Shown piece by piece: positions 10,405 to 20,650 of a stretch of 64,000 bases of DNA. This DNA is from Candidatus Woesearchaeota archaeon (GTDB taxonomy: Archaea; Nanobdellota; Nanobdellia; SCGC-AAA011-G17; JACPIM01). The stretch lies in contig JACPIM010000002.1 in the NCBI GenBank assembly GCA_016188045.1, forward strand, positions 17,198 to 81,197. The letters run 5' to 3'. Position numbers and translations under genes: made by a program. The notes under the pieces were generated by a model that ran no database searches, was not told the DNA's origin, and was given only the letters and a program-made list of their open reading frames with translations. The stretch's first letter is position 1; each line of letters starts with the position of its first letter.

Positions 10405-10701
10405 ATGAATAGAACTAATTATATTGGTAATCTTGTTAGTAAGGTAGCATTAGGGGCTACATTATTATTTAGTGCGCCAAATGTTGGTGCTAATGGGGGC
10501 ATTGCTTTAGATCAAGGATCATCGACTATTAGTAGGGAAGAAATTTATTCCAAATTGCATGGTATAGAAAATAGACTACAAAGAATAGAAGAACAACAAA
10601 ATAGCATTGAAAATAGGCTTACTGGCCAAAGTATTAGTATCGGACTTGCATTTTCTGCTATTGGGTATTTGATCTTTAGATCATTTAAAAAAACTAAATA
10701 G
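10405..10701 (+). CDS. Small exported coiled-coil protein with C-terminal TM
   Basis: Signal-like N-terminus, IENRL twice, C-terminal hydrophobic helix plus basic tail; own TTTATAAA box. Confidence 0.65.
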   Translation: MNRTNYIGNLVSKVALGATLLFSAPNVGANGGIALDQGSSTISREEIYSKLHGIENRLQRIEEQQNSIENRLTGQSISIGLAFSAIGYLIFRSFKKTK

Positions 10702-11989
10702 GTTTTTCAAAACCCCACTTATCTAAAGCTCTTCTTAATTCTTTATGTGTTTTAGCATATTTATCTAAACTTATCCCTTGTTTATATGCTTCAATTGATT
10801 GAATAACCGCTCTAGCTCCAGCTTCAATTCCATCAGGATGACCTTGCGTTCCTCCTCCAACTTGTAGTACAATATCCGTAGTACCATATATATCAAAAAC
10901 CAAAGGCAAAATTCCAGGATGCAGTCCGCCAGAGGAAACAGACAAAACCGGCTTAATTCTTCCCCATTTTTGCCTTAATCTTAAATTTTCAATTTCATTA
11001 ACTTCATTTTTCATCAACATTTCCTTCATAGCAATAATCTCTTTTTCATTTCCTTCTAATTTTCCAATAACCGTTCCTGTATGTATTTGATCTACTCCAA
11101 TTAACCTTAATAGTTTAGATAAAAATAGCATACTCATCCCATGTTTTGGATTTTTTGTAAACATGGCCTGCATTGCCCGGTGTCCATGAATAGCCATTTT
11201 ATAATCATGAGCAAGCTCACAAGCAGTTCCGACAGCAGTAAAACCAGAAACAACAACATCCAACATGAAATACTTAAAATCATGATTATGAATTATCTTT
11301 ATCCTTCTCTCAAGTTCTTTTAAGTTTGGAGAAGTTACATTAATAAAAGCATCTTTCACATTACCAGTTTCTTTTTCAGCTTTATCTCTAAACTTTGAAA
11401 GAAGTTTAACTCTCTCTTCAAATCTATTAAATTTTTGATTTGTTAAATTCTCATCATCTTTAACACAGTCTATCCCGCCTTTCCAAACGGCATAAGCTAC
11501 TTTTTCTGCATGTTCTCTAGCAGTATATCCTAGTTTTGGTTTAGGAACAACAGAAGTAATGGGTCCATTTTTTCTTTTGAATATTTTTTTAATAGCCTCT
11601 CTTCCATAAACAGCACCTTTAAAATATTTAATATAATCTAAAGGCAATTCAGCATCTACTAATCTTAAATTCTTAACAGCTTTCATCCCAAAAATATTTC
11701 CACCAATTCCCGACATTAATCCAGGAACAGATCCATCTTCAACTATGATCCTAGGATAAGCAACTTTCACATATTCTTTATCACAATTAAAAGCATAAGC
11801 CTTCACTTTATTTAACAACTTAGGTTTTTGTTTTAGTGTAGTCCATGTTCCAGAAGAACTTTCAGATGCAACCCTTGCAATTGCTTCTTTCATAGAAATT
11901 CCTTTAGCAGGTTCAACTCTAAACAAACAAACTATATCATTTTTCTTAGGTTTATATTTAAAGTTAACAAAATCAAGATATTGGCTCAT
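10694..11989 (-). CDS. rbcL: RuBisCO large subunit, form III-like
   Basis: ESSSGTW, GNIFGMK, KPKLG, KDDE, HGHRAM, HTGT..GKLEG, SGGLHPG and GGG catalytic motifs. Confidence 0.95.
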   Translation of the reverse strand: MSQYLDFVNFKYKPKKNDIVCLFRVEPAKGISMKEAIARVASESSSGTWTTLKQKPKLLNKVKAYAFNCDKEYVKVAYPRIIVEDGSVPGLMSGIGGNIFGMKAVKNLRLVDAELPLDYIKYFKGAVYGREAIKKIFKRKNGPITSVVPKPKLGYTAREHAEKVAYAVWKGGIDCVKDDENLTNQKFNRFEERVKLLSKFRDKAEKETGNVKDAFINVTSPNLKELERRIKIIHNHDFKYFMLDVVVSGFTAVGTACELAHDYKMAIHGHRAMQAMFTKNPKHGMSMLFLSKLLRLIGVDQIHTGTVIGKLEGNEKEIIAMKEMLMKNEVNEIENLRLRQKWGRIKPVLSVSSGGLHPGILPLVFDIYGTTDIVLQVGGGTQGHPDGIEAGARAVIQSIEAYKQGISLDKYAKTHKELRRALDKWGFEKPI

Positions 11990-12733
11990 TTAATCCCCTT
12001 TAAAAAATATTTTTTTAAAAAAGTTGATTATTCTTCTCATAAAAGACTCTCGCTCTTTTAAAAAATTATCAACATCTTTTTCAATACCAGTTTTATTATC
12101 AACTTTGTTATTATTTTCATTTACTTTATCAACAGTAACATTAGAAACACATCCGTCTATTTTAGTATTAAAACAATCAAAATTTTTACACTCATCTTTA
12201 GTGCATTCATTTCCATCATCACAATCTTCATTTTTCTCACAAATCTTTCCACCAATATGTTTGCATTCTTTTGGAGATCCTGTACAAATATCTACTGTAC
12301 TAGAATCATTATCACTACATTCAATATCACTATTACATTTATTAATTGGTTTTTCTCTGCATCTATTATCATTGCATTCTAATCCGTTTTTACAACCGCA
12401 ATCATTGCAACAATTATCAGATGTTTCAGTTTCATCACAATTCCCATCCCCACAACTGTAAAGTGATTCAGCACTTATATCGGCTTGACTAAGAACATCA
12501 GAAAAAAATATTTCTCCAACAGTAATCTTAATGCCGTTTATATTCTTAGTCTCTTTTTCTTTTATAATACCAGAAACATCATCAACACTAACTACTACAG
12601 AATCTTCAGATACTCCTTTAAGTGTTATTTTTTTCCCACTAACTTCAATAGTGCTTCCTTTTTCTAACTGATCCGCTAAGGTAACATTAACTAAAATCAT
12701 CAATGCAAAAAGCAAGATTACTAATTTTTTCAT
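11990..12733 (-). CDS. Secreted cysteine-rich protein
   Basis: Signal peptide, CGDGNC and CDDGNECTKDEC-type repeats, amphipathic RIINFFKKIF tail. Confidence 0.8.
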   Translation of the reverse strand: MKKLVILLFALMILVNVTLADQLEKGSTIEVSGKKITLKGVSEDSVVVSVDDVSGIIKEKETKNINGIKITVGEIFFSDVLSQADISAESLYSCGDGNCDETETSDNCCNDCGCKNGLECNDNRCREKPINKCNSDIECSDNDSSTVDICTGSPKECKHIGGKICEKNEDCDDGNECTKDECKNFDCFNTKIDGCVSNVTVDKVNENNNKVDNKTGIEKDVDNFLKERESFMRRIINFFKKIFFKGD

Positions 12734-13365
12734 AATATTCTCTTTAATTCATTTAAATTTTTAACAATATAATCAGGTTTATATCTTTTTAATTCTTTTT
12801 CTTTGTAATATCCCGTAGTCACAGCTATTATCTTTACTTTTGCTTTTTTTCCTGCCGTAATATCATAAATAGAGTCGCCAACAACAAAATCAGGTTTTTT
12901 CTTAAAAAACTTCCCAACTTTCAAGATTTCATCAGGATAAGGCTTGGATCTTTTAACATCATTGTTCCCAATTAATAAATCAAAATATCTCTTACTAATG
13001 CCCGCTCCATTTAAAAGAACATATATATTGTTTCTGGAACAGTTAGAAGTAATAGCAATCTTATACTTTTTTTTCTTTAAATATTTTAAAATCTCTAAAG
13101 AAGATTTAAGTTTTTTAGCATATTTAAAATAACCGCCAGCCAAATATCTATCATGTAATTTTTTTATTTCATCTTTAACTTTTTTGCTTGATTTGGGAGC
13201 TAATAGTTTAATAAGTTCCTCTTTTGGTCTACCCAATTTACCGAACATATATTTTTCAGTTTTACTTTCTAACCCAAAAGAGTTTAATGCTCTGTTATAT
13301 GCTTTAGTATGTGCTTTTACAGAATCAACTAAAGTATTATCAAGATCAAAACAAACTATTTTCAT
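12730..13365 (-). CDS. HAD-superfamily phosphatase (phosphoglycolate phosphatase-like)
   Basis: FDLDNTLVDS, KPYP, VGDSIYD. Confidence 0.88.
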   Translation of the reverse strand: MKIVCFDLDNTLVDSVKAHTKAYNRALNSFGLESKTEKYMFGKLGRPKEELIKLLAPKSSKKVKDEIKKLHDRYLAGGYFKYAKKLKSSLEILKYLKKKKYKIAITSNCSRNNIYVLLNGAGISKRYFDLLIGNNDVKRSKPYPDEILKVGKFFKKKPDFVVGDSIYDITAGKKAKVKIIAVTTGYYKEKELKRYKPDYIVKNLNELKRIL

Positions 13366-14156
13366 TTATATTCCTCTTTCGCTTTATTCATTAATTGTTT
13401 TGGAGTTAAAATCCCTAATTCAGTAATAATTGCTTTTACATGTTTCGGTTCAATAATATCAAATGCTAGATTCCTAACTTTTATTTTTTTAGGTATTTTT
13501 TCCCAAATTTCCTTTAAGTCTCTTTCTTCAATTTTTAATTTTTTAGGACTATATTTCCAGCTATTGCCTAGAATATAGACCGGAATTTTATTATCATAAG
13601 CAATCTCGGCAAACATGCTGCTCCCAACTTTATTTACAATTCCAGTAATCTTCCATTTGTTATTGGTTATTATTGCATCCATTCCAAGAAAAACACAATC
13701 TGATTTCTTGATAAAAGATTTAGCCGCAGAATCAACAAACGTAGTAACTTTTATTCCCGCTCTTGAAAGTTCTTCAGCAGTCTTTCTTCCTTGATATCTT
13801 GGCCTGGTTTCACTAACAAAAACCTCAAATTTTTTACTATGGTTTTTAGCATATTTCAAAGTATCCACCACAGTAGAAGAATGACAATGAGTAAAAACTT
13901 TTTTTCCAACTTTTTTATGTGCTAGTTTTATTATTTTTTTCTTGCTTTCTTTAATGTAATCTAAAGTTTTTTTAATCCCATTTTTCTCAGCAAATTTTAT
14001 TGCGTTATACAGCATCGGTTCTGTTGGTCTTAAGTTTAATAATTCTTTAACAGAAATATCTTTTAAAGAAAGAGCTTTAACACCATAAATAGCGATGCTT
14101 TCCGCTCCTTGTATTTCTAAACTTTTTATTTTTCTATAAACCTCTTTTGCTCCCAT
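13362..14156 (-). CDS. Ribose-1,5-bisphosphate isomerase (eIF-2B family)
   Basis: IQGA, RPTEP, THCHSSTV, ETRPRYQG, NKVG; start placed at MGAKE (ATG 14156). Confidence 0.9.
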   Translation of the reverse strand: MGAKEVYRKIKSLEIQGAESIAIYGVKALSLKDISVKELLNLRPTEPMLYNAIKFAEKNGIKKTLDYIKESKKKIIKLAHKKVGKKVFTHCHSSTVVDTLKYAKNHSKKFEVFVSETRPRYQGRKTAEELSRAGIKVTTFVDSAAKSFIKKSDCVFLGMDAIITNNKWKITGIVNKVGSSMFAEIAYDNKIPVYILGNSWKYSPKKLKIEERDLKEIWEKIPKKIKVRNLAFDIIEPKHVKAIITELGILTPKQLMNKAKEEYK

Positions 14157-14211
14157 GTGATTTACTAAGTTTTCATCTTTATATAAATCTTTTTTATTCA
14201 AATTAAGGAAG

Positions 14212-14236
14212 TGATAGGAACCTTAGGTTCTTATCA
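14212..14236. promoter_or_regulatory. Imperfect 25-bp palindrome between divergent promoters
   Basis: TGATAGGAACCT-T-AGGTTCTTATCA, 11/12 arm symmetry. Confidence 0.5.
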
Positions 14237-14275
14237 ACGAAAACTATATAAACAAAAATATAATTAAATTAATTA

Positions 14276-15157
14276 ATGGTCTTAGAATCTTTATTGGGCC
14301 CAAAAAGAGCTGAGAGAAATCCAACAAGTCTTTTTTTGTTAGGTGTATTATATGCCTCAATAGCTTTATTTTTAGGATTATGGATTTTTAAAAATCAGGC
14401 AAGCCTAGTTTTAGTTTTCTTAACTGTTATGGCTGCAATTCCTTTGGTGTTTAGAACGAATATATTAGAAGAAAAAAGAGCAATGTATCTTAAAGGAGAA
14501 ATAAAACTATTAAGAGCACATTCAAGAGCATTACTTGCTTTTATTTTTTTATTCTTCGGATTTGTGATAGCGTTTTCAGCTTGGTATTTATTATTACCTG
14601 AACATCTGGTTCAATCAACATTTAATTCTCAGATAGAAACAATAAGAAGCATTAATGGAAATTTATTCGGAGCACCCATAGTAGCAAATTCTGCAATAGA
14701 CACAAATTTTGCGCAAAGCGGAGTTTTCCTGCAGATTTTTTCAAATAACATTAAAGTTCTGCTTTTTTGCATTTTTTTCTCATTCTTCTACGGAGCAGGC
14801 GCAATTTTTATTTTAACTTGGAATGCTTCTGTTATAGGGACTGCAATAGGCAATTACATTAGAACAAATCTTGCAACGATAGCAGTTGAAAGCGGATTTT
14901 CAAAAATAGGCAGTTATCTAAGCATTTATTCTTTAGGTCTATTTAGGTATGCAATTCATGGTATTCCAGAAATCTTAGCTTATTTCACAGCAGGCCTAGC
15001 TGGAGGAATAATTTCAGTCGCAATAATAAAGCATGATTTAGATTCAAAATACTTTAGAAAAATAATGCTTGATTCTTTGGACTTAATAATACTAGCGGTA
15101 CTTCTATTGTTTGCAGCAGCTTTATTAGAGGTATATATAACTCCTTTAATTTTCTAA
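14276..15157 (+). CDS. SpoIIM/DUF95-family membrane protein
   Basis: IFSNNIKV, WNASVIG, HGIPEILAY, AALLEVYITP. Confidence 0.88.
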   Translation: MVLESLLGPKRAERNPTSLFLLGVLYASIALFLGLWIFKNQASLVLVFLTVMAAIPLVFRTNILEEKRAMYLKGEIKLLRAHSRALLAFIFLFFGFVIAFSAWYLLLPEHLVQSTFNSQIETIRSINGNLFGAPIVANSAIDTNFAQSGVFLQIFSNNIKVLLFCIFFSFFYGAGAIFILTWNASVIGTAIGNYIRTNLATIAVESGFSKIGSYLSIYSLGLFRYAIHGIPEILAYFTAGLAGGIISVAIIKHDLDSKYFRKIMLDSLDLIILAVLLLFAAALLEVYITPLIF

Positions 15158-15191
15158 AAATTTATAAACCTGGCAATTTCAAAATTTACCA

Positions 15192-16196
15192 ATGGTATTC
15201 GCGTTTAAATTGCTGTATTTAAGTCCAATTATAAGTTTTATAGTTACTTTAATAGCCACACCAATATTAATAAGATATCTAAACAGAATAGGGCTTCAAG
15301 TAAAAGACCAAAATAAGGAGAATAAACCACTAGTCCCAATTTCTGGCGGATTAGCAGTTATATCTGGAATACTCGTAGGTTTAATGTTTTACATCTTTGT
15401 TTTAACTTTTGTTTATAATGATAAAACCCAATTTGGATTGATATTTGCATCTTTAACAACGATTTTACTAATAACTTTCATAGGTTTTATGGACGATTTA
15501 ATAATAAATAAAACAAAAGATTCTTCAGTAGGATTAAAACAATGGCAAAAACCATTCTTAACTATAATCGCGGCAGTTCCATTAGTAGTAATTAATGCCG
15601 GAGTATCAAAAATGGCAGTTCCATTTTTCGGGGTCATAGATTTTGGTCTATTATATCCATTACTATTGATTCCAATTGGCGTTGTTGGTGCTTCAAATAT
15701 GGTGAATTTACTAGCAGGAATTAACGGATTAGAAACAGGCATGGGCCTGGTTTATTTCTCAATGCTGGGGGTTTATTCTTACTATCATATAAGATTTGAA
15801 GCCGCGGCCATATCAATAATACTTGTTGGCGCATTAATTGCCTTCTATTATTTTAATAAATTTCCGGCAAAGATACTGCCGGGAGATTCATTAACATATC
15901 TTTTAGGAGCGGCTATTGCGGTAGTAGCAATAATAGGCAACATAGAAAGAGCAGCACTGATAGTATCTATTCCCTTTATATTCGAATTTTTGCTTAAAGC
16001 AAGAAGTAAATTCAAGGCACAAAGTTATGGCACTTACATTAACGGAAAAATACAGTCACTATATCCAAATAAGATTTATTCACTAATACATTTAATGACC
16101 ATAAAGCCAAAATTTACAGAAAAACAAATTACTTATGTCTTTATCATAATCATGCTAATAATTTCAAGTTTGATCTGGTTGATTCAAAATGTTTAA
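15192..16196 (+). CDS. UDP-GlcNAc:polyprenyl-phosphate GlcNAc-1-P transferase (MraY/GPT family)
   Basis: GFMDD, NMVNLLAGINGLE, PAKILPGDS. Confidence 0.9.
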   Translation: MVFAFKLLYLSPIISFIVTLIATPILIRYLNRIGLQVKDQNKENKPLVPISGGLAVISGILVGLMFYIFVLTFVYNDKTQFGLIFASLTTILLITFIGFMDDLIINKTKDSSVGLKQWQKPFLTIIAAVPLVVINAGVSKMAVPFFGVIDFGLLYPLLLIPIGVVGASNMVNLLAGINGLETGMGLVYFSMLGVYSYYHIRFEAAAISIILVGALIAFYYFNKFPAKILPGDSLTYLLGAAIAVVAIIGNIERAALIVSIPFIFEFLLKARSKFKAQSYGTYINGKIQSLYPNKIYSLIHLMTIKPKFTEKQITYVFIIIMLIISSLIWLIQNV

Positions 16197-17463
16197 AGAA
16201 TTTTTTAGTAGAAGGGATAGTTTAATTAGAGATAATTTCATACTAGTAACCGCGTCTATGTTTGGGAATGTAGCCGCTTTTTTGTTTCACGTTTTCATGG
16301 TCAGATTTCTAGGTTCAGTAGACTACGGAATACTCGGTGTTCTTTTATCTATAATCTACCTAATTAGCGTTCCGCTTTTAGTTATCCAAACAGTAATAGC
16401 AAAATTTATTTCTCAATATAAAGCAAAAGGAGAGCATAATAAGATTAATCTTCTATTAAGAAAGAGTTCATTTAAATTCGTAAAATATAGTGCAATCTTT
16501 CTCGCAATAAACATTTTATTAATTCCCGCTCTATCAAAATTTCTTCATATTCCAAAATTAAATTTCCTTGTCCTTTCACCAATAATATTTTTAGCAACAC
16601 TTATTCCAATAGGCAGAGGAGCATTACAAGGATTACAAGAATTCAAAGTATTAGGCTATAATGTAATTACAGAAGCATTCTTAAAACTAATTTTTGGAGT
16701 TTTACTAGTTGTTTTAGGCTTGGCAGTCAATGGAGCAATATTGGCAATAATTTTATCTTTTATATTTCCATTAATCTTGTTACATCATAAATTAAAAAAA
16801 TATCTAGAAACTAAAGAAAACACAAGCCTAAATATTAAAGAGATATACGCTGACTCATATGCAATCTTGCTTACATTAATAACATTAACCTTATTTTATA
16901 CAATTGACTTATTCTTAGTCAAACATTATTTTTCAGGTACAGAAGCCGGATTATATGCTACTGCCTCATTATTGGGTAAAATAATTTACTTCGCTTCTTT
17001 AGCCATAGTATTAGTAATGTTTCCAAAAACAACAGAACTTTTTACAGTAAACAAACCAAGTTCAACGATACTTATCAAGTCGTTAATTTTCATAATATTA
17101 ATAGCAATACCGGTTTTATTGGTTTATTTTTTACTGCCAGAATATGCCATTTTAATCTTAGGAGGAAAAGAATATTTGCCAATCTCTAATCTTTTGGGTT
17201 TTTTTGGTTTAGCAATGACTTTTTTCACTATATCTTACACTTTGGCCTTCTATAATCTGTCGATAAACAAAACTTCATTTATTTATGGTTTGGCTATATT
17301 AAATATAGTTGAAACTATTGCTATCTATTTGTTCCATTCTACTATAAAAGAAGTAGTAATCATTTTAAATATAATCACCTTAGTTTCTCTGTTATATCTG
17401 GGGGGGTATACTATAAAAAACATAAATGGTAAAGCTATCAATAATAATACCCGCACACAATGA
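16189..17463 (+). CDS. Oligosaccharide flippase (Wzx/MATE-like)
   Basis: About 12 TMs, RGALQGLQ, DLFLVKHYF, AGLYA. Confidence 0.88.
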   Translation: MFKEFFSRRDSLIRDNFILVTASMFGNVAAFLFHVFMVRFLGSVDYGILGVLLSIIYLISVPLLVIQTVIAKFISQYKAKGEHNKINLLLRKSSFKFVKYSAIFLAINILLIPALSKFLHIPKLNFLVLSPIIFLATLIPIGRGALQGLQEFKVLGYNVITEAFLKLIFGVLLVVLGLAVNGAILAIILSFIFPLILLHHKLKKYLETKENTSLNIKEIYADSYAILLTLITLTLFYTIDLFLVKHYFSGTEAGLYATASLLGKIIYFASLAIVLVMFPKTTELFTVNKPSSTILIKSLIFIILIAIPVLLVYFLLPEYAILILGGKEYLPISNLLGFFGLAMTFFTISYTLAFYNLSINKTSFIYGLAILNIVETIAIYLFHSTIKEVVIILNIITLVSLLYLGGYTIKNINGKAINNNTRTQ

Positions 17464-18196
17464 AGAAAAAAGAATTAAAGAAACATTAATATCTTATACC
17501 AAATTTTTTAATTTAAAACTTAAGAACGATTATGAACTAATTGTTATTCCAAATGCATGTAAAGATAAAACTGTAGAACTCGTTAAAGAATTTTCAAAAA
17601 AACACAGCACACTAAAATACAAAGAATTAATCCCGGGAGGAAAGGGCCTGGCTTTAGTTGAAGGGTTTAAAATAGCTAAGGGCAATTTTATTGGTTTTAT
17701 TGATGCAGACAATAGCACAAGCTCAGATGAATTTCATAAACTAATGCAAATAATAAATGGTTATGACGGAGCAATAGCCTCAAGATGGATGAAAGAATCT
17801 ATCGTTGATGTAAAACAACCCGTTCTTAGATTGATTGCGGGAAGAGTATTTAACTTTATAGTTAGATTTTTATTAGGCATGAGATTCCAGGATACACAAT
17901 GTGGCGCGAAATTATTCAAAAATGAGGCAATTAAAAACATATACCCTAAATTAGGTATAACAAAATGGGCCTTTGATATTGATCTTATTTATTTAATGAA
18001 GCGCAATAACTATAAAATTAAAGAAATCCCAATTAGGTGGCGCGACACAATAGGTTCTCAATTAAACATACCAAGGGCTTCTTTTGAAATGTTCCTGGCT
18101 TTAATAAGGTTAAGATTAATATACTCACCATTTAGTTTTATAGTAAAAGCCTATGATCTATTGCCAGAATTTATAAAGATTCACCACAAACTATGA
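17426..18196 (+). CDS. Dolichyl-phosphate glycosyltransferase (ALG5-like GT2)
   Basis: PAHNEE, DADNS, DTQCGAKLF, WAFDIDL. Confidence 0.9.
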   Translation: MVKLSIIIPAHNEEKRIKETLISYTKFFNLKLKNDYELIVIPNACKDKTVELVKEFSKKHSTLKYKELIPGGKGLALVEGFKIAKGNFIGFIDADNSTSSDEFHKLMQIINGYDGAIASRWMKESIVDVKQPVLRLIAGRVFNFIVRFLLGMRFQDTQCGAKLFKNEAIKNIYPKLGITKWAFDIDLIYLMKRNNYKIKEIPIRWRDTIGSQLNIPRASFEMFLALIRLRLIYSPFSFIVKAYDLLPEFIKIHHKL

Positions 18197-19998
18197 AAAA
18201 GTCAATACTAGATAGGATTTTGGATTTATTGTTTGATAAAGATAAGACTAAAATTTTACTCATATTGGCTTTAATTTTGGCTTTTTTATTAAGACTATGG
18301 GCTGCAGCAACAACACAACCATTTGCAGATGACTTAGTCTATGGCACTCATGCAATCAACTGGCTATCATCTGGTGCTACTAGCAACCAAAATCAAAGTC
18401 CGTTGTGGTTTGCATTAGCAGATATATTCTATAGAATATTCGGAGTTTCATTAATTTCCGGCAGGCTAACTTCAATAATCTTCGGTTCTTTAACAGTACT
18501 AATCACATTCCTAATAGCCAACTTAATTTTTAATAAAAAAGTAGCAATAATATCATCATTCTTGTTAGCAATATCATCATTCCACATAAAACACCAAGTT
18601 ATGGAAATGGATATGACTTTTGCTTTTTTTACATTATTTGCGGCATATCTATTTTTAGAGAAACTAAAAAATGAAAATAAGATCTCACTTCTTGCTTTTC
18701 TATTTCTAGGATTAGCAATATTATCAAAATCAATACCAATAACTACCATACCGGGTTTTATTTTGGCCTTCGTGCTGTATTATTTGTATAAAAAAGAAGA
18801 TAGAAAACAATTATTAAATAATCAAAACAAGAAGAACATTTTGTTAGGCTTAATAATATTATTTGTATTACTGCTTCCTTTAATTAGTTATAATTATTTA
18901 TTGTATAAAGAAAAAGGTTTGATAGATGTAATGTTCGCAAGATTTTTTGATGTTGGTATGGAAAACTTTGCTTCAATACAGGAAACTTTGCCGTCTTTTT
19001 CATTTGAAAGATTTTTTGAAGGATTAAAAACTACCATCTTTTATTTCTTTATAAAATTTGATTCAATAATATTTTTATTAGGGATAATAGGTTTTTTTAT
19101 TTCCTTTAGAAAAAAATATCCTTTTAATGTAATGTTTGTTTCAATATTCATCTTCACTTACATTTTTTTAACAGGTACTTCAGTTCTTTCAAATCATTAT
19201 GTATTCATGCCGCCAGTTTATGCCATCTTTGCTGCAATTCCTCTCTCATGGCTAACAAAAAAGATAAAATTAAAATATTTTTTGTCAATTATGGTATTGC
19301 TTATACTATTAATAAACCTCTACACAATTTCAGATTCAATTTTTAGCAAATCTCCAACAGGGCAATTAAGAAAATTTGCAAATTCCGAGATAGATGGTAA
19401 TTCTCTAGCAATAATGGATTCTAGAATATATATTGGATTAACTTCTTGGACTATGAATGACAAACATTACATAGATGCATCCTTATTGCCAACAATAATT
19501 GAAGAAACCAAGAAGTTAAACACAAAAGAAGAGCAAATAAACATCTTTTTTATTGAATGCGCGCCAGATAATTGCGGCGGTGTCAATGTAAATAAAAATT
19601 TAAATGAATCTATGGAGAATTTAATTTCGCAGTTTGGTAATCCGCTTAAGGTAATCTATGGTGGCGGAGGAGATGGAGATTCTGCAATACCTTATTTTAA
19701 GATTTATCAGGCAACCTTATCACAAAAACCCCAAATATTGAACTTTGTAGACCAAACACATATGTTTTTTTTCTATCCAGTAAGATGGGCTTTAAAAGAT
19801 CAGATCTATGATAGTTATACTCCTAAAGGCGTAATAGATAATTCAATAGACTTAACAGCACATTTAATACTATATTTGACTATTATGCTCTCCTTATTCT
19901 CGCCTATGTTTTTAACATATAAGGTATACGAAACATTTAAAAAATCCAATCAAAGTGAAAGCACTAATGAAGACAACAGTAATAATTCCGGTTTTTAA
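18193..19998 (+). CDS. GT-C (ArnT/PMT-like) glycosyltransferase
   Basis: ADD in first loop, QSPL, GRL, multi-TM, extracellular C-terminal domain. Confidence 0.85.
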   Translation: MKKSILDRILDLLFDKDKTKILLILALILAFLLRLWAAATTQPFADDLVYGTHAINWLSSGATSNQNQSPLWFALADIFYRIFGVSLISGRLTSIIFGSLTVLITFLIANLIFNKKVAIISSFLLAISSFHIKHQVMEMDMTFAFFTLFAAYLFLEKLKNENKISLLAFLFLGLAILSKSIPITTIPGFILAFVLYYLYKKEDRKQLLNNQNKKNILLGLIILFVLLLPLISYNYLLYKEKGLIDVMFARFFDVGMENFASIQETLPSFSFERFFEGLKTTIFYFFIKFDSIIFLLGIIGFFISFRKKYPFNVMFVSIFIFTYIFLTGTSVLSNHYVFMPPVYAIFAAIPLSWLTKKIKLKYFLSIMVLLILLINLYTISDSIFSKSPTGQLRKFANSEIDGNSLAIMDSRIYIGLTSWTMNDKHYIDASLLPTIIEETKKLNTKEEQINIFFIECAPDNCGGVNVNKNLNESMENLISQFGNPLKVIYGGGGDGDSAIPYFKIYQATLSQKPQILNFVDQTHMFFFYPVRWALKDQIYDSYTPKGVIDNSIDLTAHLILYLTIMLSLFSPMFLTYKVYETFKKSNQSESTNEDNSNNSGF

Positions 19999-20650
19999 TG
20001 AAGAGAAAACAATTAAACAAATTTTAACTAAGGTTTTGGCTTCAAAAATAGAAAAAGACATAATTGTGGTCGATGATTGTTCAACAGATAGGTCTAGAAA
20101 GATTCTTAAGAAATATGCAGATGAGAATATCATAACTTTATTATTGCACGATAAAAATCAAGGAAAAGGAGCGGCAATTAGAACAGGTTTAAAGGGAGCA
20201 GATAGCGACATAATCCTAATACAGGATGCTGATTTGGAATATGATCCAGAAGATTATCCAAAACTTATAAAACCAATTTTAGAAGAAAAAACACATGTAG
20301 TTTATGGAACAAGAATGCATTCTCTATCAAATAGAGATATGCATACTTTGCACTTTTTTGGAAATAAGCTGCTAACTTTCACTACCAATTTGTTGTTTGG
20401 TTCTAAAATATCAGATATGGAAACCTGTTATAAGGTGTTTAGGTCAGACGTAATCAAAGATATGAAACTAAGGGCAAGAAGATTTGATTTTGAGCCAGAA
20501 ATAACAGCAAAAATATTAAAAAAAGGGTATAATATACATGAGATTCCAATAAAATTTACACCCAGATCATTTAAAGAAGGAAAAAAAATAACTTGGAGAG
20601 ATGGCGTAAAAGCAACTTATTATCTTTTCAAATATAGGTTTGTAAATTAA
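19967..20650 (+). CDS. GT2 DPM1-like glycosyltransferase
   Basis: PVFNEE, VDDCSTD, QDADLEYDP, DMETCYK, GKKITWRDG; start placed at ATG 19967. Confidence 0.92.
   Translation: MKTTVIIPVFNEEKTIKQILTKVLASKIEKDIIVVDDCSTDRSRKILKKYADENIITLLLHDKNQGKGAAIRTGLKGADSDIILIQDADLEYDPEDYPKLIKPILEEKTHVVYGTRMHSLSNRDMHTLHFFGNKLLTFTTNLLFGSKISDMETCYKVFRSDVIKDMKLRARRFDFEPEITAKILKKGYNIHEIPIKFTPRSFKEGKKITWRDGVKATYYLFKYRFVN

Noticed and set aside
10694-11989. Calvin-cycle autotrophy or RuBisCO-like protein (form IV)
   Set aside because: Catalytic residues are intact, so not form IV; the context is AMP phosphorylase and R15P isomerase with no phosphoribulokinase in the window
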